Source of the DNA: Escherichia phage AV122
Direction: 5' to 3' (one strand)
Length of the DNA stretch: 64,000 nucleotides
Sequence record: OR352952.1
The first letter of the stretch is position 1; each line of letters begins with the position of its first letter. This document shows, piece after piece, positions 11,723 to 22,575 of this stretch. The translations under genes and the position numbers were made by a program. Below the pieces are notes generated by a model. That model saw only the letters and a list, made by a program, of their open reading frames with translations, ran no database searches and was not told the DNA's origin.

Positions 11723-12901
11723 TTAAAAATATTTTTTAAAACTCATCATAACTTTATCATCAACATCATTATCAATCTGTGCAACAAGGTAAGATGACAG
11801 TTCTACTTCTTGTGGCGCGGATTGAACATTATCAGAATTAAGATATTCACGAATCCAAGGATATGGATGTTTAACCGGAGCATCGGTAATTGGGCATGGA
11901 AGACCACACTGTTTCATACGAGATACGGTTAAGTAATCAATAAAGCTCCACATGCTATTTGTATTTAATCCAGGAACATCGCCATCTTTAAATAAATGAA
12001 CTGCCCAATCTTTTTCTTGGCGGTTAACTTCCATGAAAATATCAACTGCTTCTTGTTCACACTCTTGAGCAATTTTAACCCATTCATCGCCGTCAGTGCC
12101 AAGTTGAAGTTGACGAATAATATATTGGGTGCCTTTAAGGTGAAGCTGTTCATCGCGTGCAATGAACTTCATAATCTTGGCATTACCTTCCATGATTTCC
12201 ATGTTCTTATGGAAGTTAAAGGTACATGCGAAAGATACATAAAAACGAATAGCTTCCAATGCGTTGATTACATGAAGGCAAAGGTAAAGGGATTTCATTA
12301 GCTCACGCTTCCAATACATCTCATGCTCAATAGCATCTTCAATATCGTCTTCGTCTGCATTAATTTCTTTTTGGTATTCGATATCAGCTTTAGCATTCTG
12401 CCAATAGCGAGTTTTCTCAATAACGTCGTCGTAATAACGACCGATAGATTCAGCACGTTTCATGATAGCGTCATCTAACAGAATTTCATCAAATACCTTA
12501 GATGGGTCTGTATAGAGGTTACGCATGATATGGGTATATGAACGAGAGTGGATAGTCTCACTAAAAGTCCATGTAGCAACCCATGTATCAAGACTTGGGT
12601 CTGAAATTAATGACATAAGTGCAGAAGACGGTGCACGACCCTGAATGCTATCTAGAAGTGATTGATACTTCAGGTTATTAGTAAAAATATCTTGCTGATA
12701 CTGAGGAAGCTTGTTAAATTGCGCAGCATCCATCATTAAGTTTACTTCTTCAGGACGCCAGAAAAATGACAACTGCTTTTCGGTTAAATCTTCAAAAACT
12801 TTATGGCGTTGAATATCATAACGCGCAATACCAAGACCTGAACCGAAGAACATAGGTTCTTTTAAAACATCAACTGGATTTGTATTAAAAACTGTGCTCA
12901 T
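11723..12901 (-). CDS. nrdB: ribonucleotide reductase small subunit, uninterrupted
   Basis: 392-aa continuous ORF with di-iron ligand-rich helical sequence; no intron gap. Confidence 0.9.
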   Translation of the reverse strand: MSTVFNTNPVDVLKEPMFFGSGLGIARYDIQRHKVFEDLTEKQLSFFWRPEEVNLMMDAAQFNKLPQYQQDIFTNNLKYQSLLDSIQGRAPSSALMSLISDPSLDTWVATWTFSETIHSRSYTHIMRNLYTDPSKVFDEILLDDAIMKRAESIGRYYDDVIEKTRYWQNAKADIEYQKEINADEDDIEDAIEHEMYWKRELMKSLYLCLHVINALEAIRFYVSFACTFNFHKNMEIMEGNAKIMKFIARDEQLHLKGTQYIIRQLQLGTDGDEWVKIAQECEQEAVDIFMEVNRQEKDWAVHLFKDGDVPGLNTNSMWSFIDYLTVSRMKQCGLPCPITDAPVKHPYPWIREYLNSDNVQSAPQEVELSSYLVAQIDNDVDDKVMMSFKKYF

Positions 12902-12952
12902 AAATTTTCCGCTTAGTTAATAGATAGTGACTCGTCCGTGAGTCAAATTATA

Positions 12953-15217
12953 TCATAATTTACAGGATGAACAATCTTCAGCTTTTGGAGTTTCTATTTC
13001 ATAATCATCAGTACCGGAACCGTCGCGGGTATTATGATAATAGAAATTTTTTCCGCCAAAATACCAAAAATACAAAAGGTCATCAATCATTATTGACATT
13101 GGAACCTTTCCTTTTGGAAAAATCTGCGGGTCATAATATGTATTCGCTGAAGCTGATTGACATACCCATTTAAGCATAATAGCTACCTGCGTAAGATAAG
13201 GTTTATTACCTTTCTTAGCTAATTTCCACGTATAATCATACAGGTCTATGTTATGCTCAATATTGGGCACGACTTGATTAAAGGAACCCTCTTTTGATTC
13301 TTTAACAGAGACTGGTCCACGTGGAGGCTCGATACCGTTTGTACTGTTAGAAACTTGGGAAGATGACTCACATGGCATAAGTGCTGATAATGTGCTATTA
13401 CGGATGCCAAAGAGCTTAAGGTCTTCCCGCAGCGACGACCAGTCACAAACGTATTTTGGAGCTGCGATTTGGTCAATCTTTTTATTGTACCAGTCGATAG
13501 GTAATTCGCCTCGAGACCAACGAGTGTCTGAATAATATTCGCAAGGTCCTTTTTCTTTGGCGAGCTTAATGGATGCTTTAATGAGTCCATACTGTAATCT
13601 CTCAAATAGTTCATGTGTTAAATCGTTAGCATCTTCATAAGAAGCAAAATTACTTGCCAGCCAAGCTGCATAGTTAGTAACACCGACGCCAAGGTTTCGA
13701 CGCTTTTTAGCTTTTTCTGCTTCAGGAACTGGATATCCTTGGTAATCCAAAAGATTATCAAGAGCGCGTACTTGAACTTCTGCTAATTCATTAATTTTAT
13801 CTTGGTCTTGCCAATCGAAGTTATCCAACACAAACGCAGATAATGTACACAATCCAATTTCAGCATCAGGACTATTCACGTCATTTGTTGGAATAGCAAT
13901 TTCACAACACAAGTTACTCTGACGAATAGGTGCCTTTTCACGAATAAACGGAGTATAGTTATTCGTATTATCAATGAACTGTACATAAATCCTTGCTGTT
14001 CCTGAGCGTTCAGTCATGAGTAATTCAAACAGTTCACGCGCTTTAATACGCTTTTTACGAATATTAGGGTCTTTTTCTGCGGCTTCGTACAATTCACGGA
14101 AACGGTCTTGGTCTTTAAAATAAGAATAATAAAGTTCGCCACCCATTTCATGTGGACTGAACAAAGTAATGTAGTCGTTCTTTCCAAAACGTTCCATCAT
14201 CAAATCATTCAGCTGGACGCCATAATCCATATGACGGATACGGTTTTCTTCTACACCTTTGTTATTTTTCAAAACGAGAAGATTTTCAACTTCCAAATGC
14301 CAAATAGGATAATAAGCAGTAGCAGCGCCGCCACGAATTCCGCCTTGTGAACATGATTTAACTGCAGTCTGAAAATGTTTCCAAAAAGGAATAACACCAG
14401 TATGACGTACTTCACCCATGCCAATCTTAGAACCTTCGGCACGAATCATACCAACATTAATACCAATTCCAGCGCGTTTAGAGATATATTCAACAATTGA
14501 AGCGGAAGCCTTATTGATAGACTTCAATGAATCACCTGCCTCAATAACAACACATGAACTAAACTGTCGAGTCGGAGTACGACAACCAGCCATAATAGGA
14601 GTTGGCAATGAAATCTGTCGAGTAGATACTGCTTCATAAAAACGGATAACATGTTTTAATCTATCAACAGGTTCATCTTGATGCAGTGCCATTCCAATAG
14701 TCATAAATGCAAACTGCGGAGTTTCATAAATTTGACCGGTGGTTTTATCTTTGACTAGATATTTTTCTTTTAATTGCATCGCTCCGGAATAAGTAAATTC
14801 CATATCCCGCTCGTGCTTAATTTTTGATTCTAAAAATGTAATTTCTTCCGCAGAATATTTTGACAATAATTCAGGGTCATATTTCCCTTCATTTACGCAA
14901 TAAGAAATATGGTCAATAAATGAACGCGGTTCATACTGCCCGTAAACATGCTTACGAAGAGCAAACATTAAACAGCGTGCAGCTACATATTGATAATCAG
15001 GCTCTTCAACCGAAATAGAATTCGCAGCAGCCTTAATGACAATAGTCTGAATATCATCAGTTGTCATTCCATCACGGAGATAAGATTTAATATTTTCATA
15101 TAATTCATAAGGATCTACTGATGTTCCTTCAGCTGCCCAAGATAAAACTTTAATAATTTTTTGTGGGTCGAAGCTCTGAGAAACACCACTACTTTTGATA
15201 ACATTAATTAATTGCAT
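12953..15217 (-). CDS. nrdA: ribonucleotide reductase large subunit
   Basis: 754 aa; class Ia RNR catalytic motifs incl. NLCCEI and C-terminal CxxC. Confidence 0.93.
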   Translation of the reverse strand: MQLINVIKSSGVSQSFDPQKIIKVLSWAAEGTSVDPYELYENIKSYLRDGMTTDDIQTIVIKAAANSISVEEPDYQYVAARCLMFALRKHVYGQYEPRSFIDHISYCVNEGKYDPELLSKYSAEEITFLESKIKHERDMEFTYSGAMQLKEKYLVKDKTTGQIYETPQFAFMTIGMALHQDEPVDRLKHVIRFYEAVSTRQISLPTPIMAGCRTPTRQFSSCVVIEAGDSLKSINKASASIVEYISKRAGIGINVGMIRAEGSKIGMGEVRHTGVIPFWKHFQTAVKSCSQGGIRGGAATAYYPIWHLEVENLLVLKNNKGVEENRIRHMDYGVQLNDLMMERFGKNDYITLFSPHEMGGELYYSYFKDQDRFRELYEAAEKDPNIRKKRIKARELFELLMTERSGTARIYVQFIDNTNNYTPFIREKAPIRQSNLCCEIAIPTNDVNSPDAEIGLCTLSAFVLDNFDWQDQDKINELAEVQVRALDNLLDYQGYPVPEAEKAKKRRNLGVGVTNYAAWLASNFASYEDANDLTHELFERLQYGLIKASIKLAKEKGPCEYYSDTRWSRGELPIDWYNKKIDQIAAPKYVCDWSSLREDLKLFGIRNSTLSALMPCESSSQVSNSTNGIEPPRGPVSVKESKEGSFNQVVPNIEHNIDLYDYTWKLAKKGNKPYLTQVAIMLKWVCQSASANTYYDPQIFPKGKVPMSIMIDDLLYFWYFGGKNFYYHNTRDGSGTDDYEIETPKAEDCSSCKL

Positions 15218-15534
15218 AAGTCCTCAACTTGAAAATCGTCTTTAAACACTCGGTTAACTATATGAGCTATTATATCACCATGACACGGCTTTGGTTTACA
15301 TGTGCATCCTAGCCTCATTCCACGTAAAGGCTCTAAATGTGCTTTAGTTATTTCTCCGGATTTAATTCGACGTATAAAATCTTTTTTGAATAATTCAATG
15401 GCAGCCTCCCGGCTGCCAGCATCTTTACCGACGTAATTTCCCCAAAATGTACCGCGGTGAATATTAACATCAAAGTCGGATTTGTATTTATTCACTACCC
15501 GGCATAGACGGCCCACGCTGGAATAATTCGTCAT
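15208..15534 (-). CDS. hypothetical protein (nrdA.1 position)
   Basis: 108-aa ORF. Confidence 0.55.
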
Positions 15535-15751
15535 ATTGTTTTTCCGTTAAAACAGTAATATCGTAGTAACAGTCAGAAGAAGTTTTAACTGTGGAAATTT
15601 TATTATCAAAATACTCACGAGTCATTTTATGAGTATAGTATTTTTTACCATAAATGGTAATAGGCTGTTCTGGTCCTGGAACTTCTAACTCGCTTGGGTT
15701 AGGAAGTGTAAAAAGAACAACGCCAGAAGTATCTTTAAATCGTAAAATCAT
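15488..15751 (-). CDS. hypothetical protein (nrdA.2 position)
   Basis: 87-aa ORF. Confidence 0.5.
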
Positions 15752-16608
15752 ATTGCCATTTTCCCTTTAATTGCTGGATGCGATTCATAATTTTCAAGGA
15801 TAAAATCTTTCGGTTTCATGTATTCAGTTAACCAGTAAAGCTGTGTTTCGGTGTCACAATTTCCAAACTCTATAGGCCAATCAATTTTAAGTTCACATAG
15901 TTCTTTAGGCTCACGACGTAAAATTTCTTTACATTGCTCAGTATGATTCATATAGATGTGAGTATTACCACCAGAAAATATCAAATCTCCTGGGATAAGA
16001 TTACACATCTTAGCCACAATATGCGTCAAGGCAGCGTACGAGGCAATGTTGAATGGCAATCCCAAGAAAACATCTACACTTCTTTGGTACCATTGTAAAT
16101 CAAGATAACCATTACGCACATTAAACTGATAGAACATATGACAGGGCGGTAATGCCATTTGATTGATTTCAGCTGGATTCCATGCTGAAACGATTTGACG
16201 TCGATCAGTTGGTAATTTTTTAATACGATCAATAGTTTCAACTAATTGATCCACACCGCCGAAATCACGCCATTGTTTACCGTATATAGGACCAAGTTCA
16301 CCACTATGATATCCTAGGTCTTTAGCCTGGTTTTCATAGTTATCGTCCCAAATAGTTTTACCTTGAATAAGACTACCATGTGTGCGAAGACGTAAATCAT
16401 TAACATTGGTAGAACCGGAAATAAACCATAGAAGCTCAGCAATGCATGCATTCCACGCAAGCTTCTTAGTTGTTACCGCAGGAAAACCTTTAGTTAAATC
16501 CCAACGTAATTTAGTACCGAACAAAGCAATTGTTCCTGTGCCTGTTCGGTCATCGGTTTCATAGCCATTTTCAAAAATGTCTTTAATTAAATCTTGGTAT
16601 TGTTTCAT
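15748..16608 (-). CDS. td: thymidylate synthase, uninterrupted
   Basis: 286-aa continuous ORF; ThyA active-site region PCH and folate-binding motifs. Confidence 0.93.
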
Positions 16609-16653
16609 TTAGTACCTTATATAAATTATAATACATTTTATGAAGCTAAATAA

Positions 16654-17001
16654 TCAATACGGTTTAGCATCAAATTTTCTCTCAATTTCAGGCGTGAAAT
16701 ATAATTCTTTACCGCGTTTGGAAAAGCGACCAATAATATGATAATTATTCTCATCAAACGTGATATTACCAATATCCATAGCTTTCAACCAAATATCGAT
16801 ATTTCTATCCAGCTTTATGTCAAAATTCCAATACGCAGAACTATTACCGAAAATACTGCAAGCGGATTCAGTGAAACAACTGCTATAAATCTTGTCTTTA
16901 GGAACTACTAATTGATATACACCTTTAATAAACTGAGGACCCTGCCACTTTGGTTGTTTCTCATCTTTTTCTAATAGAATAGGGTAATAATTAAAATTCA
17001 T
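16654..17001 (-). CDS. hypothetical protein inserted between frd and td
   Basis: 115-aa ORF; no recognisable motif. Confidence 0.55.
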   Translation of the reverse strand: MNFNYYPILLEKDEKQPKWQGPQFIKGVYQLVVPKDKIYSSCFTESACSIFGNSSAYWNFDIKLDRNIDIWLKAMDIGNITFDENNYHIIGRFSKRGKELYFTPEIERKFDAKPY

Positions 17002-17020
17002 ATTTCCGCCACGCGTTATT

Positions 17021-17847
<827 letters not shown>

Positions 17848-17858
17848 ATTATCTCCTA

Positions 17859-18191
17859 TTAAAAAGGATCAGGAACATATCCGCTAGCTTTAATCATTTT
17901 AATTAACGTTACCATTCCTTTGTTAACTGCTCGTGAGATTTCATCAAAAACTTCATCACTAAAAAGTTCTAACACGCCCTTCTGAACTTTTAATTTACAG
18001 CCAACAATTTCTTCATCGCCTATAGTAAATTCATTACCACCAATTCCACCGAAAAACTTAATTACACCAGTTAACTGTCTTCCACGAGAATATGGGTCGT
18101 GTGATAAAGTAATATGAGTCACCCCGGGTACAGTTTTAAATTGGCAGCGAATATTTACTTGTGAAATTCCAGTTACATGAATGTCAGACAT
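17859..18191 (-). CDS. hypothetical protein (frd.x cluster)
   Basis: 110-aa ORF. Confidence 0.6.
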   Translation of the reverse strand: MSDIHVTGISQVNIRCQFKTVPGVTHITLSHDPYSRGRQLTGVIKFFGGIGGNEFTIGDEEIVGCKLKVQKGVLELFSDEVFDEISRAVNKGMVTLIKMIKASGYVPDPF

Positions 18192-18201
18192 AATATTTTC
18201 C

Positions 18202-18444
18202 TCAAATAGACTTTTTCACAATTTTCCAATCAGCTTTAAACTGATCGACGTCAGAATGATAAATCCAGAATCCTGCGCTTTCTCCATCTTCATAAAGCGG
18301 ACACCCATCACATTCATCTTCCCATCCCATGCCACGTAAAAGGTGTTCAGCTTTTTCAACAAGTTCAGAATCTTTACCGATGATATTAAAATACCATTTA
18401 CCTCTAACTTCTGAATCTTTGATGCTCTGGCGTTGTAATCTCAT
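18202..18444 (-). CDS. hypothetical protein (frd.x cluster)
   Basis: 80-aa ORF; early promoter 18473-18502 upstream. Confidence 0.55.
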   Translation of the reverse strand: MRLQRQSIKDSEVRGKWYFNIIGKDSELVEKAEHLLRGMGWEDECDGCPLYEDGESAGFWIYHSDVDQFKADWKIVKKSI

Positions 18445-18472
18445 TTTATTCTCCTCGGTAGTTGATAGGGTA

Positions 18473-18502
18473 ATAGTATCACACTACTACCCTTCTGTAA
18501 AC
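18473..18502 (-). promoter_or_regulatory. early promoter
   Basis: GTTTACA, 17 nt, TACTAT. Confidence 0.55.
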
Positions 18503-18882
18503 TACTTTTTGAAAGTTTTTCGCAAAAGTTCAATGATTTCATCTACATTGTTTTCGTCAACAATGCAGTGAATTTTTGTTACGCCAGAAACCTTGTCTTT
18601 GACTTCATCTTCTTCAGAAGTCGGTTCTTTATACTCACGAAAACAATGAAATTCATCTTCGCAAATTTCTAAAAGTCTATCTTTGAGGTAAAAATGCTTT
18701 CCATTTGCGCATTCAATGTGTTTTACTGCTTTATATCCATTAGCAACGGAAACTTCTTTAACTTCAAACCATCCGCCATTATCTCGAATAGCTTTAACGA
18801 TTGATGAATTAGAACGTGGGCTATAATTAATAAATGTATCAATAAGTCTTGGAACAAGTTCATACTTTTTACCAGTATACAT
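18502..18882 (-). CDS. hypothetical protein
   Basis: 126-aa ORF. Confidence 0.6.
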   Translation of the reverse strand: MYTGKKYELVPRLIDTFINYSPRSNSSIVKAIRDNGGWFEVKEVSVANGYKAVKHIECANGKHFYLKDRLLEICEDEFHCFREYKEPTSEEDEVKDKVSGVTKIHCIVDENNVDEIIELLRKTFKK

Positions 18883-18925
18883 TACGTTTCCTCATTTTGA
18901 TAGGGGCTTGATAGCCCCTTGATAA

Positions 18926-19156
18926 TTATTGTTCAATCAGTCCCATGTAAAATTCTGCGTCTTCAGAATCCATACCATCACAATATTCATTAGCCATAAA
19001 GCGGGTGAGGTCTTCAAGAGGACCTTCAATGACAATAGAAAAATTGCAATAATTGGGATCATCATGAATACTTGTGATACTAAGTTCAGGATAACGATTA
19101 CGAATAATCTCTTCAATATATTCAAAATCAACGATGTCAATATCAACTTTAGCCAT
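18926..19156 (-). CDS. hypothetical acidic protein (start trimmed)
   Basis: ATG at 19156 with AAAGAGGA SD; early promoter 19200-19229 upstream. Confidence 0.5.
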   Translation of the reverse strand: MAKVDIDIVDFEYIEEIIRNRYPELSITSIHDDPNYCNFSIVIEGPLEDLTRFMANEYCDGMDSEDAEFYMGLIEQ

Positions 19157-19199
19157 ATCATTTTCCTCTTTAATCATCAGCAGTATTGCCGATAGTTGT

Positions 19200-19229
19200 A
19201 TAGTACCATAAAGCTTTATGCTTGTAAAC
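19200..19229 (-). promoter_or_regulatory. early promoter
   Basis: GTTTACA, 17 nt, TACTAT. Confidence 0.55.
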
Positions 19230-19249
19230 TGTTTTGTGAAAAAATTTTT

Positions 19250-19279
19250 GAAATAAAAAAGGGGACCTCTAGGGTCCCC
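19250..19279 (-). terminator. rho-independent terminator after gene 32
   Basis: Hairpin GGGGACC-CUAGA-GGUCCCC then UUUUUUAUUU. Confidence 0.6.
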
Positions 19280-19301
19280 AATTAATTAGTAATATAATCT
19301 A

Positions 19302-20210
19302 TTAAAGGTCATTCAAAAGGTCATCCAGGTCCGTGTCATCAGCACTAGATGAACTGCCAGAGCTTGAGCTCATAAAATCATCTTCAGTTTTTGTATTGAA
19401 GTCATCAACATTGAATGCATCCAAATCATCAGCAACTTTATCAGCTTTCTTAGCAGCAGTTGCAGCGGCACCGCCCATCACAGCAGTTCCCATAACTTGA
19501 CCGAATTTAGTATTCAGTTCTTCAAACGATTTGAATTTATCTTTAGAAGTCATTTCAGAAAGGTCAACCATTTGTTCGAACAGTTCTTTCTGGAAAGATT
19601 CATCGTCAATGTTTGGAATCGCAGATTGATTCAGGAATTTAGATTCATCGTAGTTACTAAATCCAGAAACCTGTTTAACTTTCAGTACAAAGTTAGCGCC
19701 TTCCCACGGACAAGTTACATCAACCGGAGTTTCACCCATTTCAACATCAACCGCAATCATCGCGTTGATTTTATCCCAGATTTTCTTACCGAAACGATAT
19801 TTAAATACTTTACCTTCATTTTCTGGAGCAGCTGGGTCTTTTACTACAAGAATGTTAGCCCAGTAAGAAGTTTTACGTTTAACAAGACTGTACTCTTTAT
19901 TGTCAGTGTTGTACAAATCATTTTTACTGATGTACTGACATACTGGACAAGAATCGTAATCACCGTGGGTAGATGAGCAATTTTCGATATACCATTTACC
20001 GTTTTTCTTGAAACCGTGATTTACAAGAATTGCGAATGGTGCTTGTTCATCATTTTTAGACGGAAGAAAACGAATTACTGCTTGACCGTTACCCGCATTG
20101 TCGAGTTTCAGTTTCCACTCGCCTTTATCTTCAGAAGAAAAACCACCTTTATTTCCAGCCAGTTTAGCCATTTGTGCAGCGAGTTCAGCAGTAGATTTAC
20201 GTTTAAACAT
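19302..20210 (-). CDS. 32: single-stranded DNA-binding protein gp32
   Basis: 302 aa; [24 protein letters not shown]-terminus and acidic C-terminal tail recognised as gp32; terminator immediately downstream. Confidence 0.95.
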   Translation of the reverse strand: MFKRKSTAELAAQMAKLAGNKGGFSSEDKGEWKLKLDNAGNGQAVIRFLPSKNDEQAPFAILVNHGFKKNGKWYIENCSSTHGDYDSCPVCQYISKNDLYNTDNKEYSLVKRKTSYWANILVVKDPAAPENEGKVFKYRFGKKIWDKINAMIAVDVEMGETPVDVTCPWEGANFVLKVKQVSGFSNYDESKFLNQSAIPNIDDESFQKELFEQMVDLSEMTSKDKFKSFEELNTKFGQVMGTAVMGGAAATAAKKADKVADDLDAFNVDDFNTKTEDDFMSSSSGSSSSADDTDLDDLLNDL

Positions 20211-20293
20211 TTTTATTTCCTTTTTAATTTAATTAACAGTTGGTGCTATGACGATGTATGACCTCATAGCTGGTCAGTGAGATAATTATAATC

Positions 20294-20301
20294 TATTTAT
20301 A
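20294..20301 (-). promoter_or_regulatory. late promoter box upstream of gene 32
   Basis: TATAAATA on minus strand about 85 nt upstream of gene 32 ATG. Confidence 0.45.
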
Positions 20302-20309
20302 ATAAGCAA

Positions 20310-20963
20310 TTAATACTTGCAAGATTTCACAGTTTCAATGAAAACATTTTTAGCTTTCTGTGAATCAATATTTAAAATTTTTCTATAAGCCTTTAACTTT
20401 ATAGAATAATTATTCCAGACTAAATTATCAGTCTGTTCATCATGTTTATCAATTATATTTAAAAATGAATCAAGCAAGATAAACGTTTCAAACGAAATTA
20501 TGTTCGACTGAAGCAGTTTAAAAATATAACTTGATTGAACTTTTGAATTATATTCAAAGATTTCTTTAAAAGCAGAAACTTCAACTTTTTTACTAAAATA
20601 ATAAATGTTGCGAATATCTTCTTCAAACTTAAATTTAATTTGCTTTAAGCGTCCGATATATTCACGATAAAACACAAGTGCATCAGCGTCAGAGATGTCA
20701 CCAATCCAAGCATCTTGGTTAGCAACCAAATTACTTATAAAGATTAAAGCAAGTTCCTTTAATTTATATTTTTCTGATAACTTCTGGAAAAAATACTTAT
20801 CCCTTCGCTTTTGATAAGCGGCATCAGACACCCGCATGCACCAATTATACTTAATTACATCATACTTTCCATTCATATGCTGTTTTATCATTAAGTATAA
20901 TTTATAAACTGATTTACCATCAATGTATCTTTCACCACCAGCAGGCATGCGGAGTTTAATCAT
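20310..20963 (-). CDS. 59: helicase loader gp59
   Basis: 217 aa; position between 33 and 32. Confidence 0.85.
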   Translation of the reverse strand: MIKLRMPAGGERYIDGKSVYKLYLMIKQHMNGKYDVIKYNWCMRVSDAAYQKRRDKYFFQKLSEKYKLKELALIFISNLVANQDAWIGDISDADALVFYREYIGRLKQIKFKFEEDIRNIYYFSKKVEVSAFKEIFEYNSKVQSSYIFKLLQSNIISFETFILLDSFLNIIDKHDEQTDNLVWNNYSIKLKAYRKILNIDSQKAKNVFIETVKSCKY

Positions 20964-21298
20964 AGCAGAAAATCTAATGTATTAGTTTTTTCACAACGAA
21001 CAACAGAAGGACGTAAAAGATTTTCGTCAATAGCTTCTGACTGAATTTTTTCAATTATACCCGAAGGAATAAATTTAGCAAATTGAGTTTCAGGAATAGA
21101 GTTTTCTTCCAAGAATGCTGTCGTAGCTTCAAGATAACTCATTCCAAATTCTTCTACCATCTTTTCAATAATAAATCCATTTTCTTGACGATCAAGAAGC
21201 TTTGCTATTTCATCCTTTTCTTTCTTAATTGAAAGTTCTTTTTCTGAAAGCCCGGCCTCATCGACCGGGCGAATATCATTTAGAGAAAACTGTGTCAT
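20960..21298 (-). CDS. 33: late transcription co-activator gp33
   Basis: 112 aa from ATG at 21298 (MTQFSLNDIRPVDE); track start is TTG. Confidence 0.85.
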   Translation of the reverse strand: MTQFSLNDIRPVDEAGLSEKELSIKKEKDEIAKLLDRQENGFIIEKMVEEFGMSYLEATTAFLEENSIPETQFAKFIPSGIIEKIQSEAIDENLLRPSVVRCEKTNTLDFLL

Positions 21299-21545
21299 AA
21301 AGTTCAACTACCTCTTCAGTTTCAGCTTCAAACACATCACGGTTATCTTTATGATACAAAGCTAATAGACGATTAAACATCTTACCATCAACACCAAGTT
21401 CATCTTTGGCACGAATTCGAATATCTTTAATCAGTTCATTATAACCGGAAATTTTCAGTTTATGATCAGATGCTTCTTTAATAAATTTAGCCAAGTCTTC
21501 GCCGTGGATAGCTTCATCAAATTCAACCATTTCTTTTTTAGCCAT
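21276..21545 (-). CDS. dsbA: dsDNA-binding protein DsbA
   Basis: 89 aa; position between rnh and 33. Confidence 0.8.
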   Translation of the reverse strand: MAKKEMVEFDEAIHGEDLAKFIKEASDHKLKISGYNELIKDIRIRAKDELGVDGKMFNRLLALYHKDNRDVFEAETEEVVELYDTVFSK

Positions 21546-21553
21546 TATTCACC

Positions 21554-22471
21554 TCAAAATTCATTAATGCTATTAGTTAATTTAGAAAGACCCGCTTTTA
21601 CAAAATATGAATAAATTTTGCCACGCGGTGGTAATTTATATGAATTATAGTAATTCACAATGTTTGAAGCAATATTATCAGGAATATAATCAAAATCAAT
21701 TAGAACTAAATTTTCTTTATAACGATTATATTCAGATTCTGTGAGAAGCACCTTAGCTTGCTCACGGTCATTAGCAATAGCTTCAACGATTGAAGTTTTC
21801 ATTGAAGGAGTTCGTTCACCTTCAACTCTGGTAAACCAAAAGTCAGATCGTACTTTAACTGAAGCAACGTTATCCTTTTTGTCGCCTTTAAGGATTTTAG
21901 TCATACAGTCAATTTCAGCAGAACCGCTTTTAATTTTAACCCATTTCTTATGCATTGGTGACCATTGCTTAACATTTGGGTATTTATGAAGCTGTGTAAA
22001 GTCACCATCCGATGAAATGATTAAAATCTTATGTCCTTCTAAAGAGAACTTTTTAACAAGAACAGCAATGTGGTCATCTGCTTCATACTTATCAATATCC
22101 ATAACAATGTATGGCATATAAGCTTTCAATTCATCTATAACTTTATGACTAGATTCAAAATAACCTTCCCAGTCCCAAGTCGATTCTTCTCGTGCTTTTC
22201 CACGGTTTTTCTTATAATAATAAGCGAAATCACGACGCCAGTATCCAGATTTCGCGTTATCAATACACAGTACAATTTTAGTGTATCCAAGCGTTTTTGC
22301 TTTTTTGACATTAAACTTAATTGAGTTCAATATCAAATGACGAACCATTGATAAATTAATTTTTTCTTTATCTGGGAAGTTTACTAAAGCAGTTGAAAGC
22401 GCAATTTGACTAAAGTCAATAAAGCAAATTCCTTCTTTGTAATCTTCATCCAGCATCATTTCTAAATCCAT
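21554..22471 (-). CDS. rnh: RNase H (5'-3' exonuclease/flap endonuclease)
   Basis: 305 aa from ATG at 22471 (MDLEMMLDEDYKEG); track start is TTG inside promoter. Confidence 0.9.
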   Translation of the reverse strand: MDLEMMLDEDYKEGICFIDFSQIALSTALVNFPDKEKINLSMVRHLILNSIKFNVKKAKTLGYTKIVLCIDNAKSGYWRRDFAYYYKKNRGKAREESTWDWEGYFESSHKVIDELKAYMPYIVMDIDKYEADDHIAVLVKKFSLEGHKILIISSDGDFTQLHKYPNVKQWSPMHKKWVKIKSGSAEIDCMTKILKGDKKDNVASVKVRSDFWFTRVEGERTPSMKTSIVEAIANDREQAKVLLTESEYNRYKENLVLIDFDYIPDNIASNIVNYYNSYKLPPRGKIYSYFVKAGLSKLTNSINEF

Positions 22472-22500
22472 ATGAACCTCGTTCAATTAGTGAGATTTCT

Positions 22501-22530
22501 ATTATATACCATCCAAATCTTAAAGTAAAC
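22501..22530 (-). promoter_or_regulatory. early promoter upstream of rnh
   Basis: GTTTACT, 17 nt, TATAAT; back to back with gene 34 late promoter. Confidence 0.55.
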
Positions 22531-22533
22531 AAG

Positions 22534-22541
22534 TATAAATA
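22534..22541 (+). promoter_or_regulatory. late promoter box for gene 34
   Basis: TATAAATA 35 nt upstream of ATG. Confidence 0.65.
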
Positions 22542-22575
22542 CTTATTATTGAAAACACAATAGGAGCCCGGGAGA

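Noticed and set aside
15748-16608. Group I intron and I-TevI-like ORF in td, and intron in nrdB
   Set aside because: Both genes are continuous ORFs of full length; no intervening sequence.
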